Below, piece after piece: positions 14,053 through 26,600 of a stretch of DNA of 64,000 nucleotides; the stretch's first letter is position 1; each line of letters starts with the position of its first letter. Under the pieces are notes generated by a model. The model did not search any database, was not told the DNA's origin, and saw nothing but the letters and a program-made list of their open reading frames with translations. The position numbers were made by a program, and so were the translations under genes. Source of the stretch: Gekko japonicus (lineage: Eukaryota); contig NW_015161414.1 in the NCBI RefSeq assembly GCF_001447785.1, positions 154,768 through 218,767 on the forward strand. Reading direction: 5' to 3'.

Positions 14053-14150
14053 CTGATCTATAACTTCAATCTCATGCTCTTTGTTCTTCATTTCTACCGA
14101 AAACTGCTCTTTAATAATGTCCTCAATTTTCAGTACTGCAGCATTCCGAG
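14053..14150 (-). CDS. YEATS2: YEATS2 coding exon 2
   Basis: ARNAAVLKIEDIIKEQFSVEMKNKEHEIEVIDQ; 98 nt. Confidence 0.96.
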
Positions 14151-16131
14151 CTGTTCAAAGGAGTCCACAAATACAAGAACTCAAGTCACCTGCAACATTA
14201 CATTCCTCTATTCGTGTCTTAAAGGTATTTGTAGGAAGGAGCCAGAAATAATGTACTGCACTAGATGGACCAATGGTCCAACCATATGCAGACAGCACCA
14301 CATGTCCAAACCCAAACTACATGGATGAGAGCTCAGAAAATCGAATTGCTAGCAGAGCACCCACAAACTACAGCCAGTCCTTTGATCAGTTTCAGGAAAT
14401 CTTTATGAACGACCAGTGTAGATACAGACTTCAGTGATCCACACACACCACACAAGAGAGTAGGAACCCATGTGTTCCTAGGGCTGGCTGAATGAAATTA
14501 CTTTAAAGAGATTCAAAGTCACCTTCTGTGAATAAAAGGTTTTTTTTAAACAACCAAGATCCATTACAGAGATCTTCAAGGGACATTTTTCATAGATTCA
14601 ATTATAAAAGTTTCTGTGATTGGAAAAATTGAGAGCCACAGTACTTAGCCAATCACTCAGATGGACTGGAGGTTCCTCAAAGAAGTCAAGCACAGTAATT
14701 CTCAAGGCTCTGTGAGATTTTTCAGTCACAGACTCAATACATGTAAACAGTGTCCTTTTAGGAATGTCTCCATTAACCACATAAAACATTTTAAAACTTT
14801 CTTTGATCCACCTTTAAAAGGGTCACAAAGTGATACCAAAGAACCACTCCAAAAGGGATTCTTAGCTGGTGTAAGTAACACAATGGTTAAAATTGCAAAC
14901 TGGGCCAAAGAAGATTCGCAGTTCAAACTGCAGCTCTGGTATAAGCTGCTAAGCATGTAGCCCTAAGCAAACCTATTTATGTCTGCTGCCATCTGTAACA
15001 GTGGAATAACAGCAGTCACAACAGTTAACAATAGTTGCCTGGTGTATTTATTTAAAGCATTTATACCCTGACACTTCAGAGCTCCACAGTCTCCAACTGC
15101 AATAACACAAATTAAAAACCATAATTAATATACAAATTGTAATTAATAGCAAAAGCAATCCAGGGCCACAGCACCTGCTGTAAGACCAGAAGTCAGAAAG
15201 GGTCCATTTACACCCTACCAAAACCAAAAGAGGTAATTCTACAACCCTGAAGCAACTGCAGAGAAAGCCATGCGTCTTGCCACTGATAGCCTCACTTTTA
15301 GTGGTGCATGACGCAGACCAGAGGCCACCCCAAGGAATGTAGGTAGTGGATGTGCACATATAGGAAGAAGTGGTCTTAGAGGTATGTGGGTGCCAGACCA
15401 CAAAATGAGAACCACTACTGGACTCTGAAGCTCACTGGTAACCAGGACAGTAGCCACAGAACACATGGGAAGTAAGAACATAACCAAGCATGTATTAAAA
15501 AGCAGGCAGCTGAATTCTGCACCAGCTGAAGCTTTCGAGCCATCTTCAAGGATAATCACGCTTAAAATACATTACAGTGATCAGTCCCATCTATCAATGT
15601 CTGTGAGCTAGTATGGAGCTAGTTCAAATCCCCACTCTGCTAAGATTGCTCACTGGGTCAGTTATACTTGCTTGGCCTCCTCTACCTTACAGGGTTGTTG
15701 TGAGAATAAAATGGGGAAGAAGTTGGACACTGCTTTGCAAGGAAAGCAGGAAATATCCAAACAAAATAAATAAATAAGGTGAAATCCTCTGAAAATGTGA
15801 GAGAAGTGCTACATATAATAACAAATATCATTATTTCAGATCCAGCATGGCTTGGAGCTATTACCGTGCCGCAATCCTAAGAAGGCTTCCTTAGGAGCAA
15901 GCCCCACTGAATAGCATGTGACTTACTTTCAAGTAGACCTACTTAGATCATTACTCTGTCAACCAAACTGCTACACATCACACAAATGGATGTTTGCGTA
16001 TGTTTGCACTTGAGCAAGAGAAAACTCTACAAATTCTGGAACCTTTACACAAAGTACACCTACAGACAATGTCAGGCTTTTGTCCTCCCTGGTCTCCATC
16101 CCACATCTGAATGTTAAAACTGAATTTCTAC

Positions 16132-16231
16132 CTGACTGTTCAATGGCTTTATGACGTTTGTTTGTATGTACAACTGAGATCTCTTCGTAGTCGGGGTCCT
16201 TCTCCTCTATCGCTCTCTTGATTCCCGACAT
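16132..16231 (-). CDS. YEATS2: YEATS2 coding exon 1 (start codon; exon begins at 16245)
   Basis: MSGIKRAIEEKDPDYEEISV...KRHKAIEQS; pyrimidine tract plus AG at 16247-16246; donor CAG|gtagaa. Confidence 0.96.
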
Positions 16232-18089
16232 GCTTGGCCTCTATACTGGAAAGAAGGGGGAGGGGGAATCAAAAGTCAGGTGCAACCATCTCAGAAAGAG
16301 ATCCCTTCTAAGTGGGAACAAAGGAAGGCTTTGCCCAAACACTTTCCTACAATGCTACCCAGATTTATCAAATAATTCAGATGTTTCAGGCATAACTGAG
16401 TTGTGTTGCTTTACAGTAACTTGCAAAGCCTTTAAAAAACCATGCCTCCCAAAAATGCTCCAGGAATGGGGGAGAGGAAGTGCACCATCACTGATCGTAA
16501 GCACCTTCAAAAATCTACCAGCGATAGCCACACAAAACATCCATATATCTATGGCAGGAATACTCCTGTTAAACAACTGAGAGGGCAGAAATAGTTCATG
16601 TGCAGTCTCTGAGGAGCCACCAATAGTGTCTTCAACCACAACACCTTAAAATTGTGTTTATGATTTTAATTTGTTTTAATAATTTTAATGTAAGCCACCC
16701 TGAGCCTGCCTTGGCAGGGAGGGTGGGGTATAAATTTAATAATTAAATAAATAATAAACACAACCACAAATGATCCTTTTCCCATTCAGTTTTGTTAACA
16801 AATGGGTATGGAAATACATACAAATGGGTATGGAAATACTCCCTGTCAATACACCCTACACAAAGAAAATCTGGAAGACCATTCTAAACGGAATTAAAAC
16901 AATATGTAATGCCTTGCCTTGGATGTGACAGAGATGAGAAGTTCAATTTTTTCTCCTGGCTTCACTAGGAGACTGTGACATTCATTCAAGGTTTCTCAAT
17001 TTCTTTAACTTTCCCAGTTCTATTAAATAAATAAAACCTGTTGTAAATAGGGTCAAAAACATTTACAACATATTCTATTGCATAAATTCATCCACTAGCT
17101 CTTGGCATAGTAATCTTACAATATTTATGATATCCAAACCAAGGAGACCTGAAAGTAAAATATAACACTGGCATTTCAAACTCTTCTTTCAACCAACACA
17201 TATTTAGAACAGGATGCTGCCCTAAGGCATGACTACAAAACATGATATTACTCTGGCACTGGAGTCTTTAGTATGATGGTGCTGCAGAGACTTTAGAACT
17301 GATGTTCAAGATCAGAACAGCTATTTAGCACAGTAGACTGCAGATAAGTAACCCACAACTTCCATTCTCACCCAAGGGGAGTACTCTTTAACTTTGTGCC
17401 AACTTTGCAAGAATCATCCAGACAAGTTTGAGCACATGAAGGTGTACATCAAGGTACATCATGTTTACTGTTTATGTAGTTGCTGGGTACTTACTTCATT
17501 TAACTTAAAGCAAACTACAGCATACTGCCCATGGATTATAACAAAAAAACAAAACAAAACCTAACCGATTTTGGCCCACTGCTATAATCCACACTGAATA
17601 AAGTGGATGGGATTGGGCCAGAAACATTAAGGCTGTCTTCCTAAACTTACATACTTAGGAACAGTTTCCACTGACCTCTGCAAGCATGCAGAGGATCAGG
17701 CTGCATGACTGCAATTCTATGGTAAACAGTTCGGCACACTTAAACTCACTGATTTTGAATAGGCACTCCTCACTGGATCAGGGTGCACGTGTAACTTATT
17801 CAAAAGCAAGTCCCACTGAAATCTATGGGGATAACTTTCAAGTAAACACGGCCAGGACTGGGCTATAGGGCTGCAGTTTGAAGCTGCATGCATATACCTG
17901 GAATTAAGTCACCCGGAACTGATCAATGGAGTTACTTCCAAAGAAACATTGTCAGGATCTGTGCACAACACGAGCATAACTGGGAGCATTCCCTCGCTTC
18001 TCAACACCACAGCAAGCCGGGATCTTGGAGACATTTGCCCCAAACCCACCTGCAAAGGAGTCCAAAAGCAAAGCTCTCACCACAGAGGC

Positions 18090-18520
18090 CACTCACCTCT
18101 CTGGCCCTTTTCCGGTCCAGGAAGCACAAAGCTCCAGCTCTACCCGCGCAACTCACCGGCTTGCTAAAGACACCCTGGAAGGCCGGGGGTTCCGTATCAA
18201 CCAACCCAGCGTTCAGCGAGGCCACCGCTCGCAATGCGCAGCCGCCAAGGACCCCGAGCTCTCCGTGCTCTTTCGCCTGCCCGTCACGGTGACGAAGGGG
18301 CGCGTCTGCGCAGGCGGAAAGGGAGAAAGGGGCGGGCAATGGGAGAGGCTTGACGGGTCTGGAGACGCCGGCGTAGTTGCTTCAGACGCCGCGGTTCTCG
18401 GCAGTGACTGTTTCGGGCTAAAGCTGGAGAGGAAATCGTCTTCCGGGCTCTGGATGGGTAGAATTTTCTGGCCGATAGGCATGATCCGACAGGTTTTCCG
18501 GGCAGAGCGTTTAACTGCTG
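18090..18520 (-). promoter_or_regulatory. YEATS2: YEATS2 CpG-island promoter and non-coding exon 1
   Basis: High CpG density; GC box GGGGCGGG ~18329; NRF1-like TGCGCAGGCG ~18308; palindrome CGTCAC-G-GTGACG 18282-18294; two candidate gtgagt donors (exon ending 18157 or 18097). Confidence 0.8.
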
Positions 18521-18806
18521 CAGAAATTCAGCAGGTGCAAGCTTCTCAGGTAGAGGGATGTGTTGGTGATGGAGTTGCTCCCCCACCCCGTTTCTGGCAT
18601 GCACTCTACTGTGCGTGCAAGGTTGTAAACCGGGGCGGGGGTAGCGGTTTCCTTGGAGCTGTCAGGTCAGGCCCTCTAGGATTTCCCAGCAGGGGCAATC
18701 CCCACCCCTCTAGCATCATGAATCTGTGCTCAGGCTGTTAGTCCTGCTTGTCTTTGTAGCGACTTAGAGACCAGCTGGCTGCATATGGAGGAGTGGGTAA
18801 TCAAAC

Positions 18807-19066
18807 CCAGTTTGGTGTAGTGGTTACAAGCGTGGATTCTAATCTGGGAGAACCGGGTTTGATTCCGCACTCCTCATGCAGCTGCTGGTGTGGCCTTGGG
18901 TCAGTTACAAGTTATTTTATAGCTGTTCTCTCAGGAGCAGTTCTTTCAGAGCTCTCAGCCCCACCTACCTCACAGGGTGTCTGTGGGGGGGGGGGAGGAG
19001 AAGGGAAAGGAGATTGTAAGCCACTCTGAGACCCCTTTGGGTAGTGAAGGGCGGGGTATAAATCCA
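18807..19066 (+). mobile_element. tRNA-derived SINE (gecko/Squam3-like)
   Basis: Box A TGGTGTAGTGG and box B-like GGTTTGATTCC; homologous to the copies at 55202 and 63455. Confidence 0.85.
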
Positions 19067-19116
19067 GTATGTTCTCCTCCAAATTAGAGTCCGCAGCTCT
19101 TAACCACTATACCAAA

Positions 19117-19390
19117 GCTTGTTATTCCTGTTTGGTTCTTGCATCTGTTAAATATCTTCATTATATTGTATGCTAATTTGCTACCCATCCTCTACCTATA
19201 TGTATGGACTGGTAACTTCCCTTTCACTGTATCTGAAGAAGTATGCGTGCACACGAAAGCTTATACCTTGAATAAAATTGTTGGTCTTAAAGGTGCCCCT
19301 GGACTTGAATTTTGTTCTGGTCCCCAACATCTTGCTGGCTTCTAAGATGCTACTGGACTTGAATCTAGCTGTTCCACTGCAGGGTACTCT
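19117..19390 (+). mobile_element. Penelope-like element terminal repeat with minimal hammerhead ribozyme motif
   Basis: gtatCTGAAGAagtatgcgtgcacacGAAAgcttatac...aataaa...ggtcttaaaggtgc; the reverse complement occurs at the end of the GIY-YIG element at 34400-34485. Confidence 0.7.
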
Positions 19391-20896
19391 CTGAAACTAT
19401 TGGATGTAAGTAACAGATCAAGAGAATCATGGTTTGCCTCCACAGGTGTGTGATACTAATAATTGCATTATTACTGTGTCCTGGTGGCCTTGCCTTAGAG
19501 AAAGAAATGTCTGCATCTCCATTTTATTTTTAGCTATGAGTGAGGAGAAGTGTTACCAAGCCCCTCCTTCCTACCTAGATGGGTGTTGTCTGCCCTGATT
19601 CCATCCTGGCTAAAGTTTGCCTTGGCCATGTTAGGAGCTAACAGTGTTTTGCTTAGGCGAAGGTGAAGTCAAGGCTGTTCTCAGACTTTGCGAATGAGCA
19701 TCCAAAACTTTGGGTGAGAGACTGATGGGACATCTGCATACCTACCTATTGCCAGAAGGGGCTTGTAAAGCCAGGTAACCACCTTAGTCTAGCGAGGTAA
19801 TTTTATCAGCAAATGCAGGTCTTCCTGAATGCACAATTTAACTCTCAAGCAGCTGATTACCTTTTGCTGACCTTCCCTGTCTCCTAGCCTACCAGCCTGT
19901 CTCAGGCATGAAGGAAGCCTCTACCCTGCCAGCCCTTTTGTCTACCCTGCCTGGATGCAATTGCAATCTGCTTTTGTCACCTTTCTGGGAAGCACCTTCC
20001 CCTACTCCTTAACTCAGAGCCAGGAAATCCATAGATCTCCTCCTGGACTCACCCTTAATTCCTGAATTCTTTGAAATACGTTTGTGCTGGCTCCTGTAAC
20101 TATTGCTGCTCCGCCAGATAAAACTATGCAGTCTCATCTTTTCCATTTGCACAGAGGCTGCCATCTCTGCTTTTCTTTCATTGGGACATTTACTTGCCAC
20201 ACAAAAGTACCTCCTCCACTGCTTTACCTTAATTGTCCCTGGGGATCTTTGGAAGTTCTGCCTAAAGCCCCTACACGCAACCTGTGGATCATTGAAACAG
20301 ACTGGGAATTAAGGTGATTTTGGTATCCTGCGACTTGCAGTTTTAGACAAAAAGAAATGGAAGAAATGGGAATATTTCTCTGTTTAACCATTTTTGGTTG
20401 GTTTGCTTGTTTCAGTACAGGCGTGTGTGTGTGTGTGTGTGTGTAAAGCTGGTTCCCCAAATATGGAAAGTGAGGTGATTCTGCTGTCCTGGACCCTACT
20501 TCAACCAAACAAATGCTCCCATGTCTTCAGGACAGGATATCTGATAAACCAGCATTTACTCTAGATTTTGAGATGCATTTGGAGATTAGTATGTGAGTGG
20601 TGCAGTTGTTAAAGTGTTAGTCTAAGATTGGGGAGACCAGTTCCAATCCCCACATAGCCAGGAAGCACAATATATGTGCCCTTGGGCCAGTCACGCACTC
20701 AGCCTAAGTTGTGAGGAAAAGAGAGAGGGGGAAGAAGTATTTCCATTTATACACAAATAAAATATTTAGTCAAATTATCTTAGTGAAGAAGTTCATGACA
20801 TTTCCCCCCTCCTTAAGAGTCATATTTCTTTAACTGAAATTCAGACTACACATGATTGTCAATGGCATATGATTTTTAGAAATATAAATAATTTCA

Positions 20897-21050
20897 CTAG
20901 TTGTTGTAGATTTTCCGGCCTGTATGGCCATGGTCTTGGCATTATAGTACCTGACGTTTCGCCAGCAGCTGTGACTGGCATCCTTAGTCATAGCTGCTGG
21001 TGAAACGTCAGGTAATGAACTCTGGCTGTGAAAGCTTTCAACAAGATATT
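20897..21050. mobile_element. Penelope-like terminal-repeat palindrome
   Basis: cctgacgtttcgccagcagctgtgact...agtcatagctgctggtgaaacgtcagg; related copy at 43700-43820. Confidence 0.6.
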
Positions 21051-21271
21051 AAATAATTATTTCTAAGGGGCAGGGCCAGGTTCAACCTCCGGGAAGTTGA
21101 AAAGTCTACACCCCTGAAAACTGGGGTATTCTTTTGTTAGACATGTAGACAGGAATTGTTACCTACTGTGATCTACTGCCTTATCTGATTGGTTGGCAAG
21201 AGTAGACCTGCTGTACTTGTGTGGTTGCCTAAGGCCTAGTTCACACATGTAGGACAGCTAGGCCTTAGAAC

Positions 21272-22945
21272 ATGAGGAGGTTGAACTTGGTTCCTAGTTC
21301 CTTATTCATAAATCCAACCAAAAAACATTAAAGAAAGTTTAGAAGCTCTGAACCCCTAAAAAGGTTTGGACCACCACACATCATATACCTCCATGTTCAT
21401 GGGACTTGGCTCTTCAAGCGGACATATGCTGTTTCCTGGTCCAAAGCCCAGTTCTTGTGCCAGCTGCTCCAAAGTGGGGTGCCCCCTGCCCATTCGCACA
21501 GACAGACACTGGGGCACCCAAAACAGTCTTTACACCACCCCAAATCACACATCACCACACTCAAGATACAGCCCCCTGCAAGAAGACATACAGAGTGGTC
21601 TGGTCCAAACACTGGTTCCATCACCACAAGCTTCTATTTGGAGTGCCACCGAGAAGCCTGTATTGCAAAGAAGATTTTAATAAGGAACTGGAATGACTGT
21701 GTGCCAGCTGCATCCGAAAATGAAGTTTGGACATTATACCCCACACGTACAAGGGACTCTGCCCTCCAAGTGGATGTATGCTGGTCAGGGAGCTTGTAAA
21801 AATATTCTTTTGACCCTTAAACAGAAGGGTTTAGACTTGGTTCCTCCTCCATATTCTCCTCACTAGCCCATTGCTCCTTGGGGCTTTCAGGGATTACTTC
21901 CAAGAAAAGTCCCTGCACTCCCAAGGTGTGCAACACATGGATATGTCACAGCCCAAGGGGCTTTGGCATACCTTGGTGACAAGAATAGAAAAGCTACTGC
22001 TGCCATAGGAGCCGCCATCAGGCCAGACACTATGCAAGGAGGAGGACAGTTATAGCTGGGGACAATAAACCTACAGATACCACAGCAAACCTGTTTTGGA
22101 TGAATTGATTTTATATGTTTCACACTGTTTTGTTTAGAATTTTAGCTAAGGGAATGCAGAAAACTGAAAATAATTAACTAACTTTTCAAGTGGCAGAGGG
22201 TTTTGCACAACACAATAAATAACTTTAAAATAATGACTGAGAGGGAAAGGGCAAGGGAAAGTAGGGATCTTGGCAGTTCTAATACAAGGATTTGGTACCA
22301 GTGCCAGTGTTTGGCCCACACACCATTTCATGCATGTTGGTGCTGGAGGCACCCCACTTTGGAGCAATCAGCACAAGAACTGGGCTTTGGATCAGGAAGG
22401 AGCATAGATCTGCTTGGAGGGCAGAGTCCCCTGAATGTAGGCATGTATGATATGTAGTGGTCCAAACCTCATTTTGTGGTGCAGAGTGCATGCAGCCATT
22501 CCACTTTCTTATTCACATCTTCTTTGTAATACACACTTCTTTGTGGCACTCCAAATAGAAGCTTGTGGTGCCAGAACCAGTGTTTGGACCTGGCACTGCT
22601 GTTTGTCTTCTTGCAGGGGGCAGTGCCTGGAGTGTGGGGATATGTGATTTGAGGTGGGAAACCTTTACCTTTTACTTTTTTAAAGATTGTTTTGGGATGC
22701 AGCATGGCCCGAGTGTCTGTCTGTGCGATTGTCTTGGGGGCACCCCACTATGGGACAGTTGGCACAAGAACTGGGCTTTGGACCAGGAAGCAGCATCTGT
22801 CCTCTCGAAGGGCAGAGTCCCCTGAATGTGGGGTGTATGATGTGTGGTGGTCCAAATTATACTATCCTCAATGTTTTTTGTTGGATTCACGAATAAGTCA
22901 TGAATAAGAAACAAGTAAGGAACTGGGAACCAACTTCAGCCTCAT
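21272..22945. mobile_element. Unclassified foldback element with long, internally repeated inverted arms
   Basis: 21272-21785 is the imperfect reverse complement of ~22400-22945; termini ATGAGG...CCTCAT; flanking direct repeat TAGAAC at 21266 and 22946. Confidence 0.8.
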
Positions 22946-23609
22946 TAGAACCTGGGTTTCCAGAGGTGACCGCAAGTTAAAGATCACAATCTGAAATTCT
23001 TCCTTCTGTAGAAGTAACTTCCTTGAAAATAAATGAGCATAGGAAACAATGAAGGGGCAGAATCTTTCTCCTTGCAGCACCTGCTTTAATATTTGTATGG
23101 AGATGTGAGGGCACATAAAGCTGGAATCTCACCTGCCAGCATTGTGGCCAACAGTACATTCTACCAAGTGCTTTTGCACATTCTCCTTCTTATTGATGGG
23201 GTTCACACAGGAAGTATCACAAGTGGCTTGTAGTGCAAGTGAGGACTCATAAATGAAACAATCCTACAATACTAATCTTAGTATGTACGTAGTTAAATTC
23301 TTAATTGTTGGAATATTTATGAGGTGGACAAATGTAGGCCAATTGTTGGAGGAGAGAAGTCAATGATTTTGGATAATTAGAACTGCGTTTACCCAGTAAT
23401 AGTATACTGTGTTTTGAGCCTTGGGAAAATACAGCCTCCCCACTCTAAGACCTGAGAAAGCTATGCCCTTTCATCAGTAAAAATGGGGGGCAGAAATACA
23501 CATAAGACCACACAGCCATGTGCCTCCTTTGTCATCTAACATCAGAACTTTGGGGGGGGGGGGGTCCACACTTGGAATCCCAGATATATGGAAGAGGAAA
23601 AAGATGCAA

Positions 23610-26600
23610 ACTAATGTTATGCAAATTAATGTTTATTCTGGATTTTGTAGGTTTTTGGCAGAGATTATACTAAGAATAGATTTGTTTACAAACATACAGG
23701 TTCTATTCTTTGGATTAACTATACAAAATAAACTGCAATCATATGCTTTTCACCCTCACTTAAATACAGCTACATACCATACACAGTAGCTATAGACATG
23801 ACTTATATCCAATCACCTTCCTTACTGATATAAAATGATCACCCCAAAATCACACAGATTTATAAATACATGCACATAAAATAACATTAAAATATTGACA
23901 GTTGTCCTAGACTACAAGAATGAGAAATGTTATAGTTCTGAAAAGTGTTTTGTAGAGTAAGGTGTTCATAAAATACATTGAGTGACAATAGTTATCACAA
24001 TAGCGGTTACTAGTTCCAGTATATGAATTGTAACTGGAAGATTTCACATGCTGGGTGGCTTTCATGTGTGATTAGCTGCCGTTTACCCCATAGTACTGAA
24101 TCTGAATAGGTATAAAACTCTTTAAACGGAATGAAAAAGGAATATTTCCTTGACTACTTTAGAGCATTTAAAAAGTAACAAAAATATCAAAGAAGCTGTA
24201 TAATAATCATATGAAAACTTAAGGACAAGGCCCACATCAGAGTTTCATGATTTCAAAAACTGCCAAGCAGATTCCATATTTATATGTCAAAGTCAAATCC
24301 CTAAATCATTTTCATGGTCTCACCACTGTAACCTTTTAAGCGTGCTTAAAGAGAGATTTGTGTTCTTGGTATATTGCAAAGTAATGCACTACTCTTTTCA
24401 GAGAATTTGGGGTACACTCTTTAAATTAAATCACAATGTGATTAACATTTCTTCCAGGAAGGACTCACTGATATCAACTACTTGGGGAGGACGAAGACAA
24501 GTATAGACAAATCTGGCTTCTTTCAAAACATAATTAGTTACACAAATTGTCTTTCTCAGTGAAGTTCTGCAAGTGAAGAGACTGCATGGAAGAAGACGCA
24601 ATCAGAAATGTGGATTTACATCCTATAACAAGAATCAAAATTTGCAGCTAGCACACCTAAGAGTGGCTGAATATTAATATTTATTTGCACACTGAAACCA
24701 ATATGAATGTATCTTGAACCCATCAAATATAATTATATATTATTTGATTTTGCATGCACAATAAAGAATGGCAAAATGGCCTGCATTGTATTGATCCTGT
24801 TAATGTCAATATTGGCATTCTCAAATGAAAAGCCTTCAATAACATGGGACCAAGAAATGTATTGCATAGGAAAATTATTCTTTAAGAAAACTGATTTTCA
24901 CAATAGCATGTTCCAGTAACTATTTTCTTGGAATAGGAAATAACTATAATAAAATATAATTTTGCAAAAGTACAAATTGCTTATTTTAAACATAATTGTG
25001 TATATGGCAATTTTCAGTATATTCAGCATACTCATGGATAGAACATCAGTTGATCTGTGCACAAAACATTCTCATTCTCTATTTACTAATATATAAAAGC
25101 TGGAACAGATTAGTGTAGCAGCAAAGGTATCTAAAAAGTATAAACTGGACACTGCTTCACAGCTATAAAATACTACATGTTATACATGTATTTCAGAATT
25201 ACCTATCACAAACTACATTATAGATTTGCATCATAAAGAACCCAGCTTTAGGTGGTGGTCATATAGTTAACAGGTGTTTTTCCTGACAGTCATTGTACTA
25301 TTAGTTGCCATGCAAGTGTCAAAGCATTGTGCTTGTATATTCAGTATTTTCTGGTAATGGTCCTTATTCATTGCAACTTTCTTTAAAGCCAAGACTGAAG
25401 GCATACATTAAAAGATTGACTCTATTTTTGGATAACCTTGAAATACATCCGCTTACTTCAGCGTCCACTGGGTAAATATGTATACTTTATTTCAGCCAGA
25501 AAATGTGTTCCTGGTTATTTTATCATGTATAATAATCTGCTTCCATTGCTCATTTGCTACACTTCTATCCGTGTTCTATTTACGACTTCATATCAAAAGT
25601 CAAAATACTGATGTTGGGTTGTGGAAGATCATTCTACAGGAAATTATCTCCCTAGAAATCCCTATAGCCTTGGCCTGTAGTCTCCATGAGACAACTATTG
25701 AAGATTACAAAACACTTCTGTGCTTGTTCCATATGGTATAAAATCGCTGAGTGGCAGATGATCTTGTGCTATGGCTGCAGATAAATTAGGAGCAAGGTTA
25801 AGGCACAGTCAGTATATGATATGGATCAAGGCAACTAGTAACTTATTAAGGCGGCAGTCCTATGAACACTGATTTGGGATTAAATTGGTTGAATTAGCTA
25901 GCACTTACTTTTGGATAAATAATTGAATGAATATTCACATAAGCCTAAACTAAGCAGCAGTATCAAGCTGCAGGACAGAGCCTGGGACCTAAAAACAAAT
26001 GGGGAGGCTGGAGGATAAAGTGTAGCCAAAGTAAGATAAGCTTGCCTGAGTTCAAGCCAGAAGTCATATGGTATGATTCTTTACTAGTATCACTTTTTAC
26101 TTAAGTGGGGAGTTGTTCATTCTAAGCAGGAAGAGGAAGTATGCAAACAAATTATGAAGGTGTGCTCTACTGATAATGTGGGTAAAATAGGTCTATTTCC
26201 TACAGATAATAATTTTGTTACTTTTATGTGGAACTATGTAAACAGGTGCTTGCGATACATGTATACCAATTTCAAATGATTAACAGGAGTTTGAACCATT
26301 CATAAGTATGAATTGGTGTCCCCCTTAGGGCATGTTGCAAAAAAGATTTACAGAAGCACTGTTCCAAAAGCAAACTGGAGAAAGAAAGGCAGATATATTG
26401 TAAGCTAAGCATCCCCCAAATATTGAAACTATACCTCAAGTGGGATTAAGCGCAGTCTGTGGATGTATGTTCCAAAATGGAGTGTGTGTGTGTGTGTGTG
26501 GGGGGGGGGGATAGCACTGAGTACCATTTCTTAAATTGTTTTACAGTTGCCACCTATGAACTGTTTCTGCAAAAAAGTATGTACACAAGAAGGGGCAAAG

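Noticed and set aside
16798-16839. 20-bp direct repeat acaaatgggtatggaaatac
   Set aside because: Ordinary local slippage duplication in an intron.
16246-18156. Counterpart of the human YEATS2 intron-1 TTTTA/TTTCA expansion locus
   Set aside because: No pentanucleotide array; only a short L2-type TAAA tail near 16740.
18025-18741. 238-aa + strand ORF and overlapping ORFs across the YEATS2 promoter
   Set aside because: GC-rich CpG islands are depleted of stop codons, and the translation has no recognisable domain.
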